Numbered from the stretch's first letter, positions 10,468 through 19,948 are shown. The stretch: 64,000 nt of DNA from an uncultured Planctomycetota bacterium (GCA_963719315.1 CAVRBU010000002.1:1824001-1888000); one strand, 5' to 3'. Notes: generated from the letters alone by a model not told the origin. Numbers and translations: made by a program.

Positions 10468-11874
10468 ATGCCAGACATTTCAGCCCTTCGCGGCATTCGT
10501 TACGACCTCGGCCACGTTGGCTCGCTGAGTGATGTCGTCGCGCCGCCGTATGACGTGATCGACGCCGAGTTGCAGCAGCAACTGTACGACAAGCACCCGG
10601 CCAACGTCGTGCGGCTGATTCTCAACAAGGACGAACCGGGTGATGATGAGCACAACAACCGCTACACGCGGGCGGCCCGCCAGATGAGATCGTGGCTGCG
10701 CGACGGCGTGCTGTTCACCGAGGCCGACCCCGCGATCTACGTTTATCACCAGGTGTTCCGCGAAGGCGGCGTCGAGCATACGCGGCGCGGGTTCATGAGT
10801 CGCGTGCGACTCCAGCGGTTCGGCGAAGGCAATATCTACCCGCATGAAGAAACTCACGGCGCGGCGAAAGCCGACCGGCTTAAGCTGTGGGGCGCGTGCA
10901 AGGCGAACCTCAGCCAGATCTTCAGCTTGTTTCCGGACCCGAAGAATGAGGTACAAAACATCCTAGAGGCAGCGGTCGCGGGCGTGGCGCCGCTGGAGGC
11001 GACCGATCATCTGGGCGTTGTACATCGCATTTGGCCGGTGACCGATGTGGCCACGATCACCGCGGTCAGCGGCGCGATGGGCGACCGACCCGTGTACATC
11101 GCCGACGGCCATCATCGTTACGAGACCGCGTGCAACCTGCGCGATCAAATTGCCGCCGCAGCGGCAGGCGGCTCGGTCGCCGGCAAACCATCGAGTGTAA
11201 CGGGCGAGCCGCCCATTGCTACGCTGCCTACCGAGCACGCCGCCAATTACGTGCTCATGATGTTCGTTTCGATGAGCGATCCGGGCATGTTGGTGCTCGC
11301 CACGCATCGGCTGTTTCGTGGCCTTCCGCCGATGACCTCCGGTCAGCTACGCGAGCGACTGGGCGACTCCTTCGAGACGGAGCCCGTCGGAAGTGGCCCA
11401 GAACGCGCCCGAACGCTGTGGGAGGAAATCGAGATGGAAGGCGAACAGGCCACTCTTGGCCTGTACACAGCGGCCGACAACCAATGGACACTCGCCCGGC
11501 TGACCGACGCCGGCCGTGAGCGAATGGCCGAAGCGGCCAGTGAGCACTCAGACGATTGGCAGGGCCTGGGCGTGAGCATCCTCCATCGCCTAGTCATGGA
11601 AACACTCCTCGCTCCTCGCTCCTCACTCCCCGCCCCGAAATACGTGCGCGACATTGAGGAGGTCGTGCAGGGATTGAAAGAAGGCGATGCCGCCGGCCGC
11701 GATGCAACGGGCCAGGCCGGCACCGGCGGCCGCTTTGAGTTGGCGGCCCTCGTTATGCCCGCCACGGTCGAACACATCCGAGCCATCTCCAGCCACGGCG
11801 AACGCATGCCGGCCAAAAGCACGTTTTTCTATCCGAAGCTGCTGAGCGGGTTGGTCATCAATCCGCTGGAGTAG
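10468..11874 (+). CDS. DUF1015 family protein
   Basis: Motifs APPYDVI, PHEET, YIADGHHRYETA and MPAKSTFFYPKLLSGLV. Confidence 0.92.
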   Translation: MPDISALRGIRYDLGHVGSLSDVVAPPYDVIDAELQQQLYDKHPANVVRLILNKDEPGDDEHNNRYTRAARQMRSWLRDGVLFTEADPAIYVYHQVFREGGVEHTRRGFMSRVRLQRFGEGNIYPHEETHGAAKADRLKLWGACKANLSQIFSLFPDPKNEVQNILEAAVAGVAPLEATDHLGVVHRIWPVTDVATITAVSGAMGDRPVYIADGHHRYETACNLRDQIAAAAAGGSVAGKPSSVTGEPPIATLPTEHAANYVLMMFVSMSDPGMLVLATHRLFRGLPPMTSGQLRERLGDSFETEPVGSGPERARTLWEEIEMEGEQATLGLYTAADNQWTLARLTDAGRERMAEAASEHSDDWQGLGVSILHRLVMETLLAPRSSLPAPKYVRDIEEVVQGLKEGDAAGRDATGQAGTGGRFELAALVMPATVEHIRAISSHGERMPAKSTFFYPKLLSGLVINPLE

Positions 11875-11944
11875 TCCGTAGTCCGTCGTCCGTTGTGGTA
11901 ATCTCAAACCCATTACCACCAGCAACGGACCACGGACCACGGAC
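11871..11944. repeat. Inverted heptamer array at the DUF1015 stop
   Basis: GTAGTCC-GTAGTCC-GTCGTCC-GTTG ... CAAC-GGACCAC-GGACCAC-GGAC, with an inner stem TGGTAAT/ATTACCA. Confidence 0.8.
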
Positions 11945-11952
11945 AGTCTTTC

Positions 11953-11968
11953 TGTTTCACGTGAAACG
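11953..11968. promoter_or_regulatory. parS site 1
   Basis: TGTTTCACGTGAAACG, 15/16 match to the consensus TGTTTCACGTGAAACA. Confidence 0.9.
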
Positions 11969-12010
11969 ACTTCACGGATTGCGGCGACTAGCGTCCATCC
12001 GCGATTTGTG

Positions 12011-12026
12011 TGTTCCACGTGAAACA
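12011..12026. promoter_or_regulatory. parS site 2
   Basis: TGTTCCACGTGAAACA, matches TGTTNCACGTGAAACA. Confidence 0.92.
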
Positions 12027-12051
12027 CACAAACTGGGGGCAGACTATCGGT

Positions 12052-12067
12052 TGTTTCACGTGGAACG
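12052..12067. promoter_or_regulatory. parS site 3
   Basis: TGTTTCACGTGGAACG. Confidence 0.88.
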
Positions 12068-12485
12068 AATCTGCCGCCGGGCATTCCACCAAGGTCCTTG
12101 CCTCGTCCGTGGGCCCACGGTCAGCGATCGCGTCGGACGTTCGGTTGTACCATACCTGTTGCTGAGCGGCGCACAGGCCCCAGAAAGAGTATTGATTCCA
12201 ATGTCGCTGGCCGCGCGGGCCACGGCTATTGTATGCGATGCTGCCACTGGTAATTGCAGTGGGCGTCGATTTTTTGCTGTCGCCGCCTGCGAGAATTCGC
12301 GACGATCAAGCAAACTGTGTCCTCCCCGATTGAATCGATACGATCGTCGCCACCAGATTGCCGATGACAGTCAGGCAGCATTTCATCAGCTACATGCACC
12401 CGCCAAATGCCGGTGCTGGCGGGGCTGGCGAAGCGGGGCACGATTGCTGGCCCCGTGACGGGCAAGGAAGCCCGGCGGAAGCGGC

Positions 12486-12557
12486 GAGCAGAGGGCAGGG
12501 AGCGGGGAGTAAGAATTAGGAAGGCCTTAGGTCTCCCTGCTCCCCGCCCCCTGCTCC
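12486..12557. repeat. Inverted heptamer array upstream of the parB RBS
   Basis: GAGCAGA-GGGCAGG-GAGCGGG-GAG ... CTCCCTG-CTCCCCG-CCCCCTG-CTCC. Confidence 0.7.
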
Positions 12558-12586
12558 TTGCCAAAAATTTTCAGGGAGGATTGGCC

Positions 12587-13571
12587 GTGTCGAAAGAGCG
12601 ACGCTTAGGACGTGGTTTGGAAGCCTTGTTGGGTCGCGCTTGGGATGATCCTCAATCGCCTGTTGCTCCCACAACCTCGGTCGAGGATCCCGGCGACGCG
12701 CGCCTTTCGCGCGACAAAAATGGCCAAGTCTGGCTCGATTGCGAAGCGATCGCCCGCAACCCGTATCAGCCACGGCAGTTGTTTGACGAGGCCGAGATCG
12801 CCGATCTGGCGGATAGCATTCGCACGCACGGCATTCTGCAACCGCTCGTTGTTCGCCGTTCGGGCGAGGGTTTCGAGCTGATCGCCGGTGAACGGCGGCT
12901 CCGCGCGGCACAAGCCGTCGATTGGCGTCAGGTTCCCGTGCAAATCCGCGACGTGGACGATCGTCAGATGGCCGAGTTGGCCATCGTGGAAAACGTCCAA
13001 CGCAAGGACCTCAACGCGATCGAAAAGGCGGAGTCGTTTCAGCGCTATATCGATCAATATCAATGCACGCAGGAAGAGCTCGCCAGCCGCGTGCAAGTCG
13101 ATCGCTCGACGGTGGCCAACTTGCTTCGCCTGTTGGAACTGCCGGTCGAACGTCAAGCGAATGGTGCAAGAAGGCGAAATCTCGCAAGGCCATGCCCGCG
13201 CATTGCTCCCGCTCGGCGTTGAACGAGAGCAGATCGCTTTCGCGCAGAAAATCAAGCAGGAAGGCCTCTCGGTTCGCGCGACCGAGCAGGGCGTTCACGA
13301 CCGTGTCCATTCGCTGGACGGCAACCAACTTCGAATCGTGGACGCAGACGGCAACTCGCGACCGGTCCAGCGGCCGCGCAACGAGCAAGTAGCTTCACTT
13401 GAACAAGAACTCCGCACTTCGCTGGGCACGAAAGTGGACCTAAGCCAAACGGCCAAGGGCAAAGGCAAGATCACGATCCACTTCAAAAGCCACGAAGAGT
13501 TCGAACGTTTGCGGCAACTGTTAACGATTCCCGCCGTAGCGGCAATCGCGCCGCAGCAAAACATCGCCTGA
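12587..13571 (+). CDS. parB: ParB/Spo0J chromosome partitioning protein (1-nt frameshift near 13149)
   Basis: Motifs RRLGRGLEALL, NPYQPR, GILQP, IAGERRLRA and ENVQRKDLN, HTH around SRVQVDRSTVANLLRLL. C-terminus (ISQGHARALL...KGKITIHF) is in the next frame. GTG start after GGGAGGA. Confidence 0.93.
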
Positions 13572-13586
13572 CGCGCCCGCCGAGGA

Positions 13587-13650
13587 GTAGCTGAAATCGC
13601 AAGACTTCAGACGTTAGTCGAACGCTTGAAATCCTTGCGAATTTCGCGAC
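13587..13650. repeat. GTAG-footed palindromic element (family B)
   Basis: GTAGCTGAAATCGCAAGACTTCAG...CTTGCGAATTTCGCGAC between convergent genes. Confidence 0.55.
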
Positions 13651-13663
13651 GTCGACATCGATT

Positions 13664-15085
13664 CTATTCCGCCAACGCTTCGACGAGCGGCTTGCCTTCG
13701 GCGTTCGGAATCTCAAGGCCGAGCAGTTTTGCAATCGTGGGCGCGACACTCGTATTATTGATGTCGCCGAGCTGCACGCCGGGCTTAATGCCGGCCCCAC
13801 ACGCGACGAAAATGGCGCGAAGATCGGGCAGGTTCGAGTCATGACCGTGGCTGCCTTTGCGCTCCGGCTTCACATCGTGCGGAATCGAGCCCGCCGCCGT
13901 ATCACCGAAGAAATAGCCCATTTTGGCGAACATCACCATGTCCGGCGCATGCGGATCGCGCCGCGGGTTGGCGATGCCGTACGCTGGAAAATCCTCCGCA
14001 CTGATTACGCTGGCAACACCCTCAACGTCGGTGAAGGCCTCCTTGATCTGCTTGACAATCGATTCGCGGTTGGCGTCATCCACGATGTAGACAAGTGCCG
14101 AGCCACCTTGCGGCACGATCTGCACCGAACCACCAGTGACCCGTCTCCCCGTTGCTTCGACGAGCCCCTTCTCCTTAAGGATTACGTTGGGTAATACACC
14201 CTTCTTGTTGGCCGAAAAGCCGTGGTCGGAGACGATGACCAGTGTCGCCTTTCCGGGAAAATCCTTCCGGACTTCATCCCAAACTTCACGCACTTGTTCA
14301 TCCGCCGCCTTGATGGCCTCATACGCTTCGGGCGACCGCGGGCCGTCGGCGTGCTCGGTATGGTCGACCGCCACGATGTGCAGGAGTGCCAAATTGGGGC
14401 GATGCTTGTGCAGAATCATGTTGAAAACTCGGGTCCACGTTTCGTCCGCGGCAATCCCTTGCGCAAGAGTTTGGGTGCCGATTTTGCCATTGCCTTCTGG
14501 GCTTTGGGTTAGAACGAATCCAGCTTGCTTACATTCATCCAATAAGGCCGGCGTGGTGTATTTCAGCACGAGCACGTCCTCGCCAACGTCTGGACTGACC
14601 CAATCCAAAGCGTGCGCGTTGCGAGTCGCCGGCCAGCGGATGGCGGCCGTCTTCAATCCGGCAGCTTTCGCCAGGTCGTAAATCGTAGGGACTTTCACGA
14701 TGGCGTCTTTGTCAAAGACCGGATCCCAAATCAGCGTCACCTTTTCGCCCGTCACACGGTCGAAATAGTTATTCCCGACGACGCCGTGCAACGCCGGTGA
14801 ATCACCCGTTACAAGCGTGGTGTGATTCGGCCAGGTGACTGTGGGGTTTGACGCGCGCATGCTGGCCGCCTTACATCCTTCAGCGGCCAGCCTGCGAATC
14901 GTCGGCATCTCGGCCGCCGGATCGTCCATGTAGAAATTCGCCAAGCCATCGACGCTCATCAACACGACGATGCGATCCGGATCCGCTACCACTGCGGGTG
15001 TGACGGCAAACGCGGCACCCGTTGCAAATGTCGCGACGCTAACTACCAGCGTGAATGACCAAATCGTAAACCGGCGGATTTCCAT
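13664..15085 (-). CDS. Nucleotide pyrophosphatase/phosphodiesterase (alkaline phosphatase superfamily), secreted
   Basis: Signal peptide, then SVDGL, PTVTWPNHTTLVTG, DHTEH, VSDHGF and GSHG. Confidence 0.9.
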   Translation of the reverse strand: MEIRRFTIWSFTLVVSVATFATGAAFAVTPAVVADPDRIVVLMSVDGLANFYMDDPAAEMPTIRRLAAEGCKAASMRASNPTVTWPNHTTLVTGDSPALHGVVGNNYFDRVTGEKVTLIWDPVFDKDAIVKVPTIYDLAKAAGLKTAAIRWPATRNAHALDWVSPDVGEDVLVLKYTTPALLDECKQAGFVLTQSPEGNGKIGTQTLAQGIAADETWTRVFNMILHKHRPNLALLHIVAVDHTEHADGPRSPEAYEAIKAADEQVREVWDEVRKDFPGKATLVIVSDHGFSANKKGVLPNVILKEKGLVEATGRRVTGGSVQIVPQGGSALVYIVDDANRESIVKQIKEAFTDVEGVASVISAEDFPAYGIANPRRDPHAPDMVMFAKMGYFFGDTAAGSIPHDVKPERKGSHGHDSNLPDLRAIFVACGAGIKPGVQLGDINNTSVAPTIAKLLGLEIPNAEGKPLVEALAE

Positions 15086-15330
15086 GGAACGACACCAAGT
15101 TACAGAATTAGAGACGCGGGTGGATGGAACCAGTCGCTAGATCGAACGCCTGTTCTTATTACTTGTTACTTGGATGATGTTGTTACGTCAACCATTCGCT
15201 CACTTTTGTGCCCTGCAACCTGCGTTGTCGATCCGCTGCAATTCAAGTAATATTCGCCTTTTGGGTCGATCTTCTTTGCGGTCGATCATCGACTTGGGGG
15301 ACGCGGCAAAAACTGCGACGGCCGACATCC

Positions 15331-17025
15331 ATGAATCGAACTGTACCTCAGCGATTGATACCGAAACTCTGGGAAACGCTGCCCGGCTATACGCGGCGGC
15401 GGTTTTTCGCTAACGTCATCGCTGGCCTGACCGTAGGCCTCGTGGCCCTGCCGCTGGCAATGGCCTTCGCAATTTCGTCGGGCGTAACGCCCGAAGCCGG
15501 CATCTACACCGCGATCATCGCGGGCTTTGTCGTTTCGGCGCTCGGTGGCTCGCGTTGCCAGATCGCCGGCCCGACCGGTGCGTTCGTCGTGATCGTCGCC
15601 GGGATCGTGGCGAAGTTTGGCCTTTCCGGTTTGCTGATGTGCACCTTGATGGCCGGTGTCATGCTCATCGCGATGGGTATTACGGGTCTGGGCACCGCCG
15701 TTCGTTTCATCCCCCGATCCGTGACGATTGGTTTCACCAACGGCATTGCCGTGCTCATTGCCTCGACGCAGATCAAAGACTTTTTTGGCCTGTCCGTGAA
15801 TCCAGTTCCGAGTGAATTCGTGCCGCGGATGGCCGCGCTTGCGCGCGCAGCGACCTCCATCAGCGGTCCCGCGACAATTACTGCCGTCACAACTCTGGCG
15901 ATCGTGCTCCTTTGGCCGTGGGTAACGAAAAAGATTCCTGGCTCGATCATCGCACTGTTTGCGATTACGCTGGCGTGCGCCATATTTGCGTATCCGGTGG
16001 AAACCATCGGAACCAAATTCGGCGGCATTCCCACAGGGTTGCCCGCCTTTTCGATTCCAGAGTTTCGCGCTGACCTGATACTGCCCCTTCTTCCGTCCGC
16101 CTGCACCGTCGCCATGCTTGCGGCGATTGAGAGCCTCTTGTCGGCAGTTGTCGCTGACAACATGAGCGGCGACCGCCATAAACCTGATGTCGAATTACTG
16201 GCCCAAGGCTTGGCGAATGTAATCGTGCCAATGTTCGGCGGTATTCCGGCCACCGGTGCGATCGCCCGCACGGCCACCAACATTCGCTCCGGCGCTACAT
16301 CGCCAATCGCCGGAATAGTGCACGCTGTTACGTTGTTGATCATTGTGCTGGCCGCCGCGCCGCTGGCCCGTTATATCCCATTGCCGACGCTGGCCGCGAT
16401 TTTGATGGTTGTCTCGTATCGCATGGGCGAATGGCACGAGATTCCATCGATCTTGCGGCTGTCGGGCGCCGACCGCGCCGTCTGGGCCGCGACATTCGCG
16501 TTGACCGTATTTGCCGATCTGACGGTCGCGGTCGAGGTCGGCATGTTGCTCGCCGCACTGCTATTTATTCATCGCGTTGCATCCACAACGACGGTTGGAG
16601 CTGTCACCGATGAAAACCTGGGCGACGGTGAACCACGCGTGCTGACCGATCGGTACATCCCCGCGTATTGTTCCGTCATCCGCATTCGCGGGCCATTTCT
16701 GTTCGGCGCCACTGAAAAGCTCGATCATGCAACGTCGGACCCCTCGAAATTTGCTTCGATTGTTGTACTAAAAATGACATACATGTCCGCCATTGATGGC
16801 ACGGGTATTCACGCACTGGAAAAGTTGGCCGCCAGATTGCAAGAGTCAGGCCGGTCGCTCGTCCTGTGCGGTACCCAATCGCAGCCAACCGAGCTGATCG
16901 AGCGTTCAAAACTCATCAAGCTTATCGGCCGCCGAAATCTAGCACCCCATCTCGACGCGGCCCTTGAACGGGCAGCAATTATTCAAGGCGGGTTTGATAA
17001 CCCACACGCGCGCGTTTCCGCTTAG
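15331..17025 (+). CDS. SulP family anion transporter with STAS domain
   Basis: Motifs VALPLAMAFAISSG, QIAGPTGAF, IESLLSAVVAD, PATGAIART, and STAS GPFLFGA...IDGTG. Confidence 0.93.
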   Translation: MNRTVPQRLIPKLWETLPGYTRRRFFANVIAGLTVGLVALPLAMAFAISSGVTPEAGIYTAIIAGFVVSALGGSRCQIAGPTGAFVVIVAGIVAKFGLSGLLMCTLMAGVMLIAMGITGLGTAVRFIPRSVTIGFTNGIAVLIASTQIKDFFGLSVNPVPSEFVPRMAALARAATSISGPATITAVTTLAIVLLWPWVTKKIPGSIIALFAITLACAIFAYPVETIGTKFGGIPTGLPAFSIPEFRADLILPLLPSACTVAMLAAIESLLSAVVADNMSGDRHKPDVELLAQGLANVIVPMFGGIPATGAIARTATNIRSGATSPIAGIVHAVTLLIIVLAAAPLARYIPLPTLAAILMVVSYRMGEWHEIPSILRLSGADRAVWAATFALTVFADLTVAVEVGMLLAALLFIHRVASTTTVGAVTDENLGDGEPRVLTDRYIPAYCSVIRIRGPFLFGATEKLDHATSDPSKFASIVVLKMTYMSAIDGTGIHALEKLAARLQESGRSLVLCGTQSQPTELIERSKLIKLIGRRNLAPHLDAALERAAIIQGGFDNPHARVSA

Positions 17026-17026
17026 A

Positions 17027-17082
17027 GTGTAGACTGCTCGCTCCGCGAGCAGAAATCCGCTCGCGGAACGAGCGGACGACAC
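17027..17082. repeat. REP-like double hairpin
   Basis: GTGTAGA-CTGCTCG ctccg CGAGCAG-aaa-TCCGCTCG cggaa CGAGCGGA-CGACAC. Confidence 0.6.
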
Positions 17083-17166
17083 TCGTCGTTGCCGATACGA
17101 TCCCGGTCGACTAGGATACAGTCTCAGCGGCGAACCTCTCGAGTGAGTCCGCCGTCCTAGTTTTCA

Positions 17167-17240
17167 CGGGGCGTAGCTCAGCCTGGCAGAGCGCTTGGTT
17201 TGGGACCAAGAGGCCGGAGGTTCGAATCCTCTCGCCCCGA
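17167..17240 (+). tRNA. tRNA-Pro (TGG)
   Basis: Acceptor CGGGGCG/CGCCCCG, D stem GCTC/GAGC, anticodon arm CTTGG-TTTGGGA-CCAAG, T arm GGAGG-TTCGAAT-CCTCT. CCA is not encoded. Confidence 0.96.
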
Positions 17241-17257
17241 CTTTGACTTTCTGACGA

Positions 17258-17524
17258 ATGTCGGATAACTATTTCGCTTACGTGTTGCATAGTGAAGTCA
17301 CAGGACACCGCTACGTCGGATCATGTCAGGATTTAGAAGAACGGCTGCGGCGACACAATGCGGGCGAGTCAAAGTCCACGAAACACGGCGTACCTTGGAA
17401 ATTGGTTTATTGCGAGAGTTTTTGCACAAGGTCGGAAGCGGTAAACCGTGAGCGGTTTTTCAAAACGGGTAAAGGTCGCGACTTCTTGGATAAGATTGAG
17501 CTAGAATGCTTAAACAAGAATTGA
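17258..17524 (+). CDS. Stand-alone GIY-YIG nuclease
   Basis: YFAYVL...YVGS..DLEERLRRHNAG..KSTK...PWKLVY.E...RSEA..RE.FFK; 88 aa. Confidence 0.9.
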   Translation: MSDNYFAYVLHSEVTGHRYVGSCQDLEERLRRHNAGESKSTKHGVPWKLVYCESFCTRSEAVNRERFFKTGKGRDFLDKIELECLNKN

Positions 17525-17595
17525 GCGTGATGCCTCAGCCTGGCTAGAGCGGTCGCCGCGGCGACAGGCCGGAGGTTCGAATCCTCTCGCCCCGA
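17521..17595 (+). ncRNA. Degenerate tRNA-Pro copy with the anticodon arm replaced by a palindrome
   Basis: Keeps CTCAGCCTGGC(T)AGAGCG and a 33-nt exact copy (17566-17598 = 17211-17243). The anticodon arm position holds GTCGCCGCGGCGAC. Confidence 0.7.
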
Positions 17596-17604
17596 CTTCA
17601 TAGA

Positions 17605-17663
17605 GCAGCAGTGGAGTAGAGGAGTAGTGGAGTAGCGATTTTTGACCTTTACTCCACTGCTGC
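17605..17663. repeat. Inverted octamer array
   Basis: GCAGCA-GTGGAGTA-GAGGAGTA-GTGGAGTA ... TACTCCACTGCTGC. Confidence 0.7.
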
Positions 17664-17678
17664 GCTATTCCTCTTCTC

Positions 17679-18311
17679 ATGAACTTCGATCTTGCGCGGC
17701 ACAACATGCTGGTTGAGCAGTTGGAACGCCGCGGGATTCACGATCCGCGCGTCCTGGAGGCCATGGATTGGGTGCCGCGGCATGAGTTCGTGCCGCGCGA
17801 GCTCGTCGATCAGGCCTACGACGACCGGGCGCTGCCAATCGGCCTGGAGCAGACGATTTCGCAACCGTACACGGTCGCCTTCATGTGCCAGGAGGCCCGA
17901 ATTACTGCCGGCGACAAGGTGCTGGAGATCGGCACTGGTTCCGGCTATTGCGCGGCCGTGCTGTCGCTGCTGGCACGCGAGGTGCATACGATCGAACGCC
18001 TGAAAGCACTGTTTCGCACGGCCCGCTCTCGTCTCGCCCGGCTTGGGTACAATAACGTCCATTGCTATTTGGACGATGGCACGCGCGGCCTGCCAGCCGA
18101 AGCGCCGTTCGACGCGATCGTGGTGGCCGCCGGGGCTGAGGATTTGCCGAAGGCGTATCCCCAGCAGTTGGCCGAGGGCGGCCGACTCTTGATCCCGATC
18201 GGCCCGCCCAGCCGCCAGCAGATGGTCCGCATCATGCGCGTGAGCGGAAAGCTGCAACACGAAGTGCTGGGGAGCTTCGGTTTCGTGCCGCTTATCAGCA
18301 ATGCGGATTGA
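17679..18311 (+). CDS. pcm: Protein-L-isoaspartate O-methyltransferase
   Basis: Motifs VPRHEFV, QTISQPY, VLEIGTGSGY, APFDAI and FVPL. Confidence 0.95.
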   Translation: MNFDLARHNMLVEQLERRGIHDPRVLEAMDWVPRHEFVPRELVDQAYDDRALPIGLEQTISQPYTVAFMCQEARITAGDKVLEIGTGSGYCAAVLSLLAREVHTIERLKALFRTARSRLARLGYNNVHCYLDDGTRGLPAEAPFDAIVVAAGAEDLPKAYPQQLAEGGRLLIPIGPPSRQQMVRIMRVSGKLQHEVLGSFGFVPLISNAD

Positions 18312-18317
18312 AGGGTA

Positions 18318-18397
18318 TAGGGTGTGTCGAGTCCGCAAGACGGACCGCGAAGGAACCGCTGAAAGTTGGTGTGTCTCGATGACTCGACACACCCTAC
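18318..18397. repeat. REP-like inverted repeat
   Basis: TAGGGTGTGTCGAGTC (18318-18333) and GACTCGACACACCCTA (18381-18396), perfect 16 bp. Confidence 0.7.
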
Positions 18398-18401
18398 AAG
18401 A

Positions 18402-19363
18402 CTAATAGCGGCTCTTCTTTCCCCAATCGTAGCGCACCGCCAGCCAGCCGAGAATCGTGCTGACGATGAAACTAAATACTAGGGCCACGGCGACTTGCTG
18501 GTCCGTTGGGTCGGTAGACAAGGGCGCAACGACCCCAATTGAAGCAGCTTTGGAAGCAGGTACAGAAATAGGCCCAGCAGTACGCTGACGTAGACAACGG
18601 CATTGCTCAAAATTGCGGCATAGACGGCCTGCCGCACGAGGCATGTAGTTGCCACCGCCGCGGCGAATACGGCCACTTGCATCGCCGGAAGTAAGTAGGC
18701 CTCTGAAGGATTCCATGTACGCAGCATCGGAAATCGAAATACCGCCAACAACGCGATCGGTCCATATATCGAAGCCAAGACTACCAGTAGTCCAGTTACA
18801 AAGCGGATCCAGAACCAGGCATCTGGCTGGATCGGGCGCGAGCGCCAGAATTCGTTGACTCTCGGGTTCATATCGTTGAGGCAAACGCCGATTCCGGCGA
18901 CCAGCGCGACGAGGCAACCCACGAATGCGGCCGATGTGAAATAGGCTTCTCCGATGACATTGGTAGGTACCGACGGAAGCTCGTCCAGGCTTGAGAGAAC
19001 GGCCAACATCGTGAAGCCGACGCAGCCGGCAACGCCAGCCAGCGCGATCGGGCCGCTTTCACGAATTTGCTTCCACACTATCGCCGTGAATTGCGAACGC
19101 CTCGGAGAGGGGAGATACTCGGGGCGGGCCGCGTTGCGCATGGCCAATTTGGGCGAACGAACTTCGTTGTTCGGCAACTTGCCAAATCGCCAAATGTAGA
19201 GTGCCATCAAGGCACTGTTTGTGATCGTCGCGGACGTGATGCAGACCGCCAGCGTACCGCGCGGTTCGACGCGAGCGCTCTCGAATGCCTTGAATATGCC
19301 TCCCGGCATCGTGGACAGCCCAGCAATCGACAGCCATCTGATGCGGGCGGCAACCGTCGTCAT
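18402..19363 (-). pseudogene. ABC-2-type permease-like membrane protein, C-terminal remnant with a frameshift near 18520
   Basis: Multi-TM sequence with AIVWKQIRE...FWRSRPI. The last helix (VAVALVFSFIVSTILGWLAVRYDWG) is in another frame and there is no convincing N-terminus. Confidence 0.55.
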
Positions 19364-19443
19364 GTCCCCGCTGCCGGCAGAGTAGTTTGCGGTGAATATC
19401 CAGATTTATACACGGCCTGCAATTCAATCGCTGGTTCATTCAT
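19360..19443 (-). pseudogene. Probable N-terminal stub of an ABC ATP-binding protein
   Basis: ATGA-coupled to the GntR stop. MNEPAIELQAVYKS resembles an ABC ATPase start, but it stops after 27 codons with no Walker A. Confidence 0.5.
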
Positions 19444-19856
19444 GGCTTTGAATCCTCGATCGCGGCCACCGCGTCGGTTCGCGCAATGCCGTTGGTGGCC
19501 TCTGCCAAAAGTTCGTGCAATTCGTCGGTAGACAGGCCCAGCCCCGTCGCTTGCCGCGCGATTTGGCGTAGTTCGTCGACGAGCCGGGCGCGATGCGCGG
19601 CCGTGCGAGTTTTCGACATGCGGCCGGTGGCATAGGTTCCCTGCCCATGCCGCATCTCGAGCAACCCCTCGCCGCAAAGTCGCTCGTACACTCGGAGCAC
19701 AGTGTTCTGGTTCACCGCCAACTCTCGGGCCAGCTCGCGGACCGAAGGCAGCCGATCCCCCGGCGACACGCCGCCCGACGCGCAGAGCGTCGCAATCTGA
19801 TCGGCGATTTGCCGCGAGATTGGGACGGCCGAGCCTTTTTCAATTCGCAAAAACAT
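19440..19856 (-). CDS. GntR family (YtrA-type) transcriptional regulator
   Basis: PISRQI...PGDRLPSVRELARELAVNQNTV.R.YE.L..EG......GQGT with a short C-terminal domain. Confidence 0.92.
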   Translation of the reverse strand: MFLRIEKGSAVPISRQIADQIATLCASGGVSPGDRLPSVRELARELAVNQNTVLRVYERLCGEGLLEMRHGQGTYATGRMSKTRTAAHRARLVDELRQIARQATGLGLSTDELHELLAEATNGIARTDAVAAIEDSKP

Positions 19857-19948
19857 GCTGAAAATCCAGACAAAAGCACAACTGACTACAGTAGTGTAAC
19901 AGTGGTCAGATGGGCCGTCAAGCGATCTATTTGGAGCAGCGAGAATAA

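Noticed and set aside
12070..12586. Possible parA or other gene upstream of parB (ORFs 11895-12458 and the 12407 extension)
   Set aside because: No Walker A or other motif. These ORFs run through parS sites and repeat arrays, and parB has a good RBS and GTG at 12587.
17211..17598. Prophage or integrative island att pair at tRNA-Pro
   Set aside because: The repeats enclose only about 320 bp with no integrase, and the D arm is duplicated too. Reported as a distinct cassette instead.
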